Shown piece by piece: positions 53,956-64,000 of a stretch of DNA of 64,000 nt. Position 1 is the stretch's first letter; every line of letters starts with the position of its first letter. Both the position numbers and the translations under genes were made by a program. Under the pieces are notes generated by a model that was not told the DNA's origin, ran no database searches, and saw only the letters and a list, made by a program, of their open reading frames with translations. The DNA is from Octopus vulgaris (taxonomy: Eukaryota), in the NCBI GenBank assembly GCA_951406725.2, contig OX597826.1:45012001-45076000 (forward strand). The letters are read 5' to 3'.

Positions 53956-54106
53956 TATATATATATTTAAAAATACACATATATACACACATACACGCAC
54001 GTTTATATAAGAGACATAGAGGAATAAAAAGAGTGATACATACATACACGCGCACACACATACATATACAGACTCAAAGACGCGTAGATAAACAGTTTAG
54101 CAAAAT

Positions 54107-54161
<55 letters not shown>

Positions 54162-54777
54162 CCACACAAAACTAACAAATATGTACAGAAATATTCAGTT
54201 TACAAACCTTATATACACATGACAAAGCAAAAGTAGAATTAAAAGAAGGAAGTGACAGCAAACGGTGAGTGTCTACATGCATCATAACAGTGTTCATTCA
54301 CCCCTAAAACTTTCACACGCAGGCGTCATTCACACATGACCTAAATGTTTCAAGCCAGACATGCCTCTCTGGTCAATAGGAACAGTGGCTTTGAATGGAA
54401 ACGTGATAGTACCGCCTCTTCCTACAGCACAATGACGTAGGTACAAAGTATCAAAGATAAAGACTTCACACGCTCCAAGTATGAACAATTGAACAATAGA
54501 GGAATAAATAATCCCTCTCAGGCATTGTAAATACCATTTCAAATCCAATCGTTGACAATATGTGTGTGTGTGTTTGTGTGTGTTTGTGTGTGTGTGTGAA
54601 CATACATACATAAGACACACACATCACACTCGCAGACATACACTATACACAAATATACACACTACACACTCGCAAAGATACATGCATATTTGCATAAGTT
54701 TCAATTTAACAATCGCTTGGCATACATACGTATACTTACATATACATATATTGATAGACAGATAGATAGATAGATAA

Positions 54778-54831
<54 letters not shown>

Positions 54832-55364
54832 GGAGAGAGAGGGGGGGATTCACGGACAGAACCACATATACATATGCGTCGTCTACTTATTTACATATAC
54901 TGAGTGGTAAGGAGCTTCCTTCCCAACCACATGGTCCCTGGTTCCGTCCCACTCTGTGGCATCTTAGATAAGTTCCTTCTGCTATAGCCTCGGGCCGACC
55001 AACGCCTTGTGTATGGATTTGGCAGATGGAAGCTTTAAAACTGTTGTATACATACGTACATACATACATCTATTACGGCCAACGGTCACTTTTATTATTA
55101 CAGTCAACAATTCTAGTCAACGCACAAGACAGCCATTATGCTCCCACACACAAAACACCACCACGTGGACTCTCTTGAGACCAGTAAGAAACAATTGATA
55201 AGGTTCGTTTTTTCAAGAAAAAACCGAAGTATTTAAAATCTCTCAGGAAAATAAAATTTATCTTATATAGTGGCGTTTTCAAATTTGCTTTTTATAAATA
55301 TATACACACTCGTATACCACCTACACTTTATATATATATATGTAATATGTGACAATTATTCGGT

Positions 55365-55436
55365 AGCCAACATAAAACTCCGAGTTTCGGATGCCGAGGT
55401 GGAAATCCACGCCACCATCTCTTCAGTTATCCGGCC
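55365..55436 (-). ncRNA. Type-I hammerhead, intact core (family E, inverted copy)
   Basis: ggataa-CTGAAGA-gatg..catc-c-GAAA-ctc(g)gag-TT-ttatg. Confidence 0.75.
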
Positions 55437-55743
55437 ATCGGGAAAAAAACGCTTTGGAAAGTGACCGTTATACAAAGGGAAATTACTGTGTTATTGACCG
55501 CTATTAAGACAAAAGAGCTATTCGAATGACAGCTAAGTAAGGTAAGGGGGTAAAAAGTTCATAGTATTCGCGTAAGTGCGCTGTTCATACCTACACATGT
55601 GCGCCCGCACACCCACATGTGTACGCATACATTCATCCACCCTTACTTAGCGGTCACTCGAATAGCTCTTTTGTCTTAATAGCGGTCAATAACACAGTAA
55701 TTTCCCTTTGTATAACGGTCATTTTTCATACCATTTTTCCGAT

Positions 55744-55815
55744 GGCCGGATAACTGAAGAGATGGTGGCGTGAATTACCACCTCGGCATCTGAAACTCGG
55801 AGTTTTATCTTGGCT
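55744..55815 (+). ncRNA. Type-I hammerhead, intact core (family E)
   Basis: ggccggataa-CTGAAGA-gatggtgg..ccacctcggcatc-t-GAAA-ctc(g)gag-TT-ttatcttggct; cut after 55804. Confidence 0.8.
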
Positions 55816-55913
55816 ACCGAATAATTGTCACATATTACATTTACAGATAAATTCCTCTATTTACATAATATTGAGGTCTCTTTCTTTCTTCTGTTGTCTT
55901 ACCATTTTTATCA

Positions 55914-55957
<44 letters not shown>

Positions 55958-56420
55958 AATAATTATTACGATAGAGGACATTTTTTCTTTAACTTTACGA
56001 TGTCATACATCGTTACTTTTTATGGTGACGGCAACGTACATGTGTTTCCACTGCAGTGAGTATGAGTAGTTGCATTTGCAACCCGGCGTAATTTTGCGTG
56101 CAACGGAAACACGTGTAGGTCGTAATAGCCATAAAATTAAGCTGAATGTCATTGTGAAATAAAAGGAAATTAATTTTGAGGATGTACCAGTCCCCATGTA
56201 TCTGATAATATTACCCTCTAGTGAAGTGAACATGGAATTACCCATCGGAGGAATTTACAGCGTGAGTGACAACTCATAGTAGTCATAGATGATAAATATT
56301 AATCAATGCGGTTGGCCGTAACCTGGAACATAATTGAGAGATACCATAGTATCCACCCGAATAATATATCCCTCTAAACTCACATTGATTATACACACGC
56401 GCGCGCACACACAAACACAC

Positions 56421-56452
<32 letters not shown>

Positions 56453-56884
56453 TCGTATATATAAATATTCATATATGTGTATGTGTGTGTTCATGTGTGT
56501 GCGCGCGTGCCTGCTCCCCCACTCGCTTGACTACCCGTGATGGTTTGTTCACGTCTCACCACTTAGTGATTCATTAAGAGATGGACCGATGACATGAGTA
56601 CCAGGCTTTAAAAAAGTGAGTACTGCGGTCGATATATTCCAGTAAAAATTCTTCAAGGCTGTGCCTCAACTTCGCCGCAGTGTAATGTCTGAATACGCGT
56701 AAGAGATAAAAGATACACACTCACACACTTACACACACACATGCATAGGCATGTGTTTCTTTCTATCGACCGCGCTTACGTTGGTGTCTATATATATTAA
56801 GTGTGTGTATGTACATATGGTTCAAAGTTGTACAAAAAAGAGAAAACATGACAGATGCAGGAGAGAGAACAATGAAAGAAGGTG

Positions 56885-57286
<402 letters not shown>

Positions 57287-57292
57287 CACACA

Positions 57293-57363
<71 letters not shown>

Positions 57364-58040
57364 TATTATATATATATATATATATATATTACAATACAAT
57401 GGTATTATTTTCCATCGAAAATATAGACACACACTCAGACACATACACGCACGCTCTCACAGTCACATTCACACACATATAAGTTTTACCTATTTTTCTT
57501 TTTGCCTGTTTTATATCTTGATTTAATGGCATCTGGCGTAGTCTTTGAAGTTATGTTCTACAGCATCATAGGAAGTTATTGTTTATAGAGATGTATCCAG
57601 GTGTCATGGAGAAATTTGTCTATGTTCCCTTTGAATTTTATGTTTGTTCGTCTTCATTGAAACCTACTTACTTGACGGAACGCATGCATAAATGCTGCAG
57701 CCGAAGGCATCGACCACTTACTTAAAACCTCACACATTCTGTGGTAATGAATATATTATATTATAAGTAGGAAACCTGTTTCTGTTTGAAGACGACAATA
57801 AAATTATCTGCAGCCAGACTATGTTACGTTCTCGAACAGTTTCTAGACAGTTAAACCTATTATTTTATGAAATTTAGATTATTCCTTAAATCTCAAACGA
57901 AATATTTTATCAGATTTCCATCATTTGAAGGAAAACGTAATTACTTTAACAAGTAAATTACAAGTACATTAGCAAAAACAGAAACAAAAATAAATAGATG
58001 TTTCGAAGATTTTACAATTAGTTGAATATATAGGTTTTAA

Positions 58041-58312
58041 ATGGCTGTGTGGTAAGTAGCTTGATTACCAACCACGTGGTTCCGGGTTCACTCCCACTGC
58101 GTGGCACCTTGGGCAAGTGTCTTCTACTATAGCCTCGGGCCGACCAAAGACTTGTGAGTGAATTTGGTAGACGGAAACTGAAAGAAGCCCGTCGTATATA
58201 TGTATATATATAGGACGCCATGATAGATCGTTAGCTACTACACGCATTTTTTTCTCTCCTTGTTTCTCTCCTTCAAGACGTACTGCAGCCAATGACTGAA
58301 ACAGGTAAAAGA
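58041..58312 (+). mobile_element. Octopus SINE whose middle is replaced by a family F fragment
   Basis: SINE head 58041-58210, family F segment 58212-58273, SINE tail CTGCAGCCAATGACTGAAAC. Confidence 0.75.
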
Positions 58313-58394
58313 AAAATTCAGCATGAATTATGTTCCAGGTGACCACTCAGGGTGGCAGGTGTTGTTATGTATCGCTGGTCATAATGCGCTTTTG

Positions 58395-58592
58395 CATTGT
58401 TTTAGCTATCAAATGACTTCATCCCGTTGGCTAGGTGAGCAGCCAACATTCTCCCTATTCGCAAAGGGGACTGGAGCAAAGTGAAATGAAGTGTTTTGCA
58501 CAGGAGCAGAACGCATCGCCCAGTCAGGGAATCGAACCTACGATCTAGGGATCTTGAATGCAAGAGCCTAACCATTAGGCCACGCGCCTTCA
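58395..58592 (-). mobile_element. CORE-type SINE variant
   Basis: Minus GTGAAGGCGCGTGGCCTAATGGTTAGG...GGTTCGATTCCC...CACTTCATTTCACTTTGCTCCAG. Confidence 0.7.
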
Positions 58593-59169
58593 CATATTCT
58601 ACTTACATATATATCAATGAGTTTATGAGTTTTAACGCGCAATAAGTTGAGATATACGTTGAAATTGTGTAATGCCCTCAAATTATTGTTCACACTCACA
58701 ATATCTATTTAAAACTACGCAATCTGCGCCTGCAAACGGTAACGCTATTGATCAAGTCCATAGTGAATGGTCAACCCATCACGATCGCCGACCGACTGGA
58801 ACTTCAAGAAATAGGAGTAGCATTTAGATCATTTAACAAATATATTAATTGCTACAATTCGATTTTGTTTCATAGACTAGGAACACTATGCTGTCCGTAC
58901 ATTTATCTGTAAATTAATCCAGCAAAGAGTGATATAATTGTCAATAATTTTGATAAGCAAACATAACTGGGTGTTTCTAATGTCCGCAATTTGTATAAAC
59001 TATAGGCATTGAAGATTTATTTAGCAAATGTATATTCTAGTATCATGGTTTATATTCAGACATTTCCCTTCACACTTTGTACCGCTTTCAGAAGGACGCA
59101 CTTGCTTTTTAGGAGTGATGCATGCGATGTTAAGAGCGCTGGTTTTATTTTCTATTCATATAAGTTCAC

Positions 59170-59335
59170 AGGTACAAGCGAGGTTGTGTAGTAAAAAGCT
59201 TCCTTCCTCACCACATGGTTCTGGGTTCAGTCCCATAGCATTGAGCATTGGGCAAGTGTCTTCTACTATGGCCTCGAGCCGACCAAAGCCTTGTGAGTGG
59301 ATTTGGTAAACGGAAGCTGAAAGACGCCCATCGCA

Positions 59336-59385
<50 letters not shown>

Positions 59386-59615
59386 GTGTGTGTGTGTGTG
59401 TGTGCGTGTACGTGTGCGTGCGTGTTGTATTTGCAGTCCCCACACCAGTTGACAAAACGGTGCTGATGTGTTGTCGCCCCCCCCCGTCTCTTAGCGGTCC
59501 GGCAAAACAGACCGATAGAATACGTACCAGGGTCGATATATTCGACTAAAATCTTTTTAAGCCGGTGCCCCAGCATGGTCGCAGTCTAAGGCCTGTAACA
59601 ATTAAAAGATAAAAT
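59170..59615 (+). mobile_element. Abundant octopus SINE, diverged copy
   Basis: Family homology. Confidence 0.8.
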
Positions 59616-59941
59616 ATGAAAGATATGTCTGCTCGTTGATCTTTTTCTTGTATTCTCTGCTATTTTTCTAATATCACTTACGTCATCGTTTTGCTCCTTG
59701 GTGACGACGGAGAGGTTGCTAGGCAACATTTAGTCTATTCCTTCTTGTAATCAAAAATTAAGTAACACTACAAAGCTAAATACTAATAACTCAGTAATAA
59801 TATTGGTCCAGTCAATTAGCCTACTCTTCAGCAAAATTAATTGTTCCTGGTCAGTCAGTATATTTTTGGTATATCTTCATATTATATGTGTATATTAGAC
59901 CAGGGGACTAATGTACATATTGTATATATTGTATATTAGAC

Positions 59942-60287
59942 CAGGCGTTCTCAACCATATTTTATCTATGAACCCCTTTGATTACGATTTTATTCTTGTA
60001 GACCTCCCCATAGCCATTAGATATTTAAGAACTAGTTTCATAGAAACTTCTTTCAAAATTCTTATTTTGTTTTTCTCACATTATCTTGTTTAGGTTGAAC
60101 GATGTAAAATGTTACAGAAAGAAATCTGTTTGTTGCCATATATTCCTATATACGCATTTAAAGTTAAAGTTTTTCGGGGGCTCTTAAAATTATGTTGTGG
60201 TTCACCAACTTACAATTTTGCTGTGTGGACCTCCAAAAGTCATGTGGACCTTCAGGGTCTATTTTGGACCACGTTTGAGAATCAGTG
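59942..60287. mobile_element. hAT-type MITE
   Basis: CAGGCGTTCTCAAC / TTTGAGAATCAGTG termini; imperfect 8-bp TSD TATTAGAC / ATTTAGAC. Confidence 0.6.
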
Positions 60288-61560
60288 ATTTAGACCTGTG
60301 CCTCGCAACCTTTTTTTACTTACGGTACACATACTCTTTTCAGAAATCAGCAGCACATCTGAAGGAAAAATATAACTAAAATTTTAGAGTAAAAATTATA
60401 TTCAGATGATACTGTGGCACACCTAACATCGTCTCGTGGCACACCAGTCTGCTGCAGCACATCGGTTGTGAAGCACTGATTTAGACGATCACTTTGCGAG
60501 TGGAGAACCACGAGATGCCTCAAGTTTCGAAATCACTTGCGCATCTCACTTGGGAAGTGGCTTCTCTGCTACCTTAACCTCAAAGAGACAATAAATTGTT
60601 AACCTATTGACCAAAGTTGATGGCATAAAAGACGCACGTGTATAATAGATGCAGCCTAATTTCCGCAGTGCATATTCAGGAAAAAGACAATTTTTATACA
60701 TTAAAGCGTCAAAAATAGGCCCAGTGGGGTGATATTTTTTAGGTATTTTTTATATGCCATCAAATACAGTACGTTGTTCATGTTGAAATCATTCTGGCGT
60801 CTACTTTGCATTTTAGCCTTTCTGTATCGATCAATAAATTGCCAATCAGGAAACTGGAGTCGATTTAATCGACTAGATCCTTCTCACTAAAAACTACTGG
60901 CTTTGTTGTTAAACTAGGAACAATTATTATAGCCCTGTGTCACAGTTTTCAGTTAATTAAACACAGTCAGTTAATGAGTATTGAAATTTTGTCTGATGAT
61001 GCTTCTGAGAACGTGTTTTGGTTATTGAATTTGTGTGAAAAGACTTGCAGAGTTATGACCAATCTACGAGCGTTTTTGTACTGTATTCATAATAACTACG
61101 CTAACTTTCAAAAATATGAATAAAAGTAACGAAAGTCAAAGGGAAAATGAGATCGCCCAGAACCATTTTCAGAGTATTTTCAGAGTACATTGCTCAAACG
61201 CTTGCAAGAAAGTAGAATCTAAGAAAGGCACACAAAAATCGAATATTATTAAATCGGGAGAGAAATTAAGCCTGCCCTATATATATTAACTTCGTTAAAA
61301 GTTATAATATTCATACTGCAGCACAGTTACAATTACGTTTTACTTTTCACTTGTTTCACTCATTGGATTGCGGCCATGCTTGTGCATTGCTTTGAAGGGT
61401 TTAACAAATTTATCTTAATACATTTTAAAGTTGGATAATTATTATATCTGTTTTCTTTTGGCAAACCACTGTTTCGGGGATGTAAACAAACCAGCAACTA
61501 TTATCAAGCATAATGTGAGGGGGCAATAAACATACAAACACACACACACACACACACACG

Positions 61561-61612
<52 letters not shown>

Positions 61613-61939
61613 TACGCTGTGTGGTGGTTATCTCCCTTGACAGTATATGGAAATGTTCTTTCTTGCGGCGCTAAGAGTTTTTAAATCGTATTTCTTCCAA
61701 TATAGGTGCTACCATGCACCTTCAGTTACAATTAATGACAATTGAATTTTTCCTTTTTAGTTTTATATAGCGTGTAGCTGCCTTCGTTATTTCACACACA
61801 CAAACACAAAACCTACACCCACACACACACACACATATATATATAGGGTATGAGAAGTATTGGTGTCAAGAAGACCCAAAAGGTATTGGGTAAAGCTGAG
61901 TAAGATATTAAAATCAGAACTGGCAATATCAGCAGTGGA

Positions 61940-62500
61940 GGACTAGTCTTCTGTGACTAAAGTCGATATTGCATTTCTGTGGCAGATGGTAGAGCTAGGG
62001 TTTGGAGAAGGGGTGAATGTCATGCTGATGGCTGTGTGGTGGAGGGAGACTCATGGGGAGGACAGAACATCATATGTGGTGACATTACACTCAACCAGAG
62101 AGTTGGACTAGTGGTCTTCCAAAACATTGGTCAAGGCCAGGGCAATGGAGTAACCACTGCTCACTACGTCGACCAAGCATTGAGGCCTCACAATGCGTCA
62201 TACTTTGCTCATCATCAGAATCAAGTGTTCCAACATGACAATACCCATTCTGCCAAGTTGACAGACACCCAGACACTGCCATGCCCTAAGTCCAGACTTA
62301 GGGCCCCACAGACCACCTGTAGCAAGAAATCCAAAGAAAGGTAAATGGCATTCGTCCAAGAATGACAACTGCAGCACAACTCACTGCAAGTTTTGAAGTG
62401 AGCTGCTATCCCCATAGCCTTCAATCGTCTTTGGTGCATTTAATGTACAGAAGATGGCTGGCAGTAATCAGTGCTGACAGTGGTCACACGAGATATTGAC
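61940..62500 (+). mobile_element. Decayed Tc1 transposase 3' half
   Basis: DGRARVWRRGE..ADGCV, YVDQALRPH, VFQHDN..H, GHTRY*. Confidence 0.8.
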
Positions 62501-62698
62501 TTCATCTCTTTGGATCCAGGACACTGTCATCACGACACCAAACACGCTTCAGGAAATGTTGAGAAGTAAACTTCTTAGCCATACAGCCATACTTGTGCTT
62601 ATGATACAAGAATAAATAAACAGACAAGTTCACATGTATAAAATAATTTTAAAGATCAAAGAGATATGCGATATTAAATCTATGCAAGATACAAGAGC

Positions 62699-63280
62699 TT
62701 ATTTTACTGTAATCTTTGCAGCATTTTTATCAGAAACAGTATATTGGTCCCATTTCTTCTCAGGGTCATATGGTTCCCATCGACATGCTGGGAATATATG
62801 CTTATTCCTTTCATACCAGCTACGCAAGCAAACTTTGCCAGCATGTGATTCATCTTTCTCCACAGTGGCATCATTGATCAAACGGATATCTTCATGCACA
62901 TCAAAATTGAAGAGTGGTCCACTTTTGCCCCGAGCTTTTGTCACAATGAAATCATAAAATGTTTAATGATGTGGGATGATTAAGTCTTCTTTGACGTACA
63001 TCAACTGATCGACCGTGATAGATTTCAAATCATTGAACTCTTTACGTAAATTCTCAAAACACCGTTGCAGGAACTGCTGTATGCTGTTGCCTTTCTTCAT
63101 TTTCACTTGTCAACGATGACCAGAACCATCCCAGTAACTGTAAGTAATTTCAATCTCTTCGTTTTTAATTTTTTCTTGTTTAGCAACCCATTCTTGACGA
63201 AGCTGTTCCCTCAACTTGTTCTCTTCTTCTTCTCGATCACGGCCAGGTAGAAAGCTTGTGTCAACATCAGGATTCTTTCC
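62699..63280 (-). pseudogene. FAM50A: Processed (intronless), 5'-truncated FAM50/XAP5 pseudogene
   Basis: One frame of 194 codons: [20 protein letters not shown]...[26 protein letters not shown]...[34 protein letters not shown]...[14 protein letters not shown]; premature stops at 63112-63110 and 62965-62963. Confidence 0.93.
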
Positions 63281-63422
63281 ATGGTTATGCTCCAGGTTCG
63301 ATAATGACACAAGTCAGGTGTCCAACGTGGGTCATGTATTAGCATGCATATATATATAAATTGACAGAATAAGATAAAAAAAAATCCAAGGCTGTAGTTT
63401 TCAGAATATTTATAAAGAAAAA

Positions 63423-63470
63423 GTCTTACAGCTGTTTCCGGGATATTTTATTTATTCCTTCATCAGAGAC
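63423..63470 (-). ncRNA. Type-I hammerhead, intact core (family G), in a short element at 63358-63480
   Basis: gtct-CTGATGA-a-ggaat..atccc-g-GAAA-cagctg-TA-agac; palindromic helix III ACAGCTGT; cut between 63427 and 63426. Confidence 0.8.
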
Positions 63471-63491
63471 ACTACGATGATACACACACAA

Positions 63492-63574
<83 letters not shown>

Positions 63575-63578
<4 letters not shown>

Positions 63579-63742
63579 CTCTCATTATAGTTCCACGCAG
63601 TTTCCGTTCACCAAACTCAAAATACATTGGTCTGACTGGAGCTATTGTGAACGACACTTACCAAAGGTACTGCGCATTACGACTGAACCCGAAATTATGG
63701 AGTCACAAAGTGAGCTTCTTTACACACACGTGCCTGCGCCTA
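63575..63742 (-). mobile_element. Octopus SINE head, old copy
   Basis: Diverged family homology. Confidence 0.65.
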
Positions 63743-64000
63743 TATAACTCGAAAACTATCACTGTATATATTTGAGATATTGATATGCATTACACACGTG
63801 ACAATGGACTGAAAATATTAGAATCTAGTGATACTATAAGCCATATCTTCTCTTCCACGTCTCGCATTCGTCTTCATTGCATTCACACTGGTTTCATTTT
63901 AAGATCATCGTGAAGTCTCGTAAATATATTGCTCCGGGTCTCACAAGTGTGTTTAAAGGGTATTTACACTTGAACTGATTCGAAAATAACTTTGCTATTG

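Larger units (their letters stand above)
55340..55916. mobile_element. Element with ~200-bp inverted arms (55340-55542 / 55641-55840), each carrying a hammerhead (family E)
   Basis: Arms are near-perfect reverse complements; the right arm extends ~75 nt further to (TA)n. Confidence 0.85.

Noticed and set aside
62963-63112. FAM50 stops rescued by A-to-I editing or selenocysteine
   Set aside because: Editing would give Trp at conserved Arg and Tyr/His positions, and the copy lacks its N-terminal half and start codon

Overview
This is AT-rich, microsatellite-dense eukaryotic DNA. The SINE families match those of octopods, so it is most likely an intron or intergenic stretch of an Octopus genome (inference). 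I see no intact protein-coding gene: almost every ORF in the track is a microsatellite or SINE read-through. Recognisable content: (i) many tRNA-derived SINEs of four families; (ii) decayed Tc1, mariner and DD37D transposons, MITEs and a non-autonomous Helitron; (iii) LINE relics (RLE/R4-like, L1/Tx1, RTE, CR1-like); (iv) an initiator tRNA-Met pseudogene; (v) an intronless, 5'-truncated FAM50/XAP5 retro-pseudogene. The most striking hidden signal is a dense set of type-I hammerhead ribozyme (HHR) motifs, read by eye: 11 well-supported motifs in 7 sequence families, plus 2 weak candidates and one truncated remnant. They sit in short non-coding elements with Penelope-like hallmarks (palindromic or minimal helix III, inverted terminal duplications, insertion into (TA)n). 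They include a tRNA-headed HHR-bearing SINE, ~350-nt retrozyme-like direct repeats and non-canonical catalytic cores (CUGUCGA, CCGACGA). All structures were folded manually and none was computed or tested.
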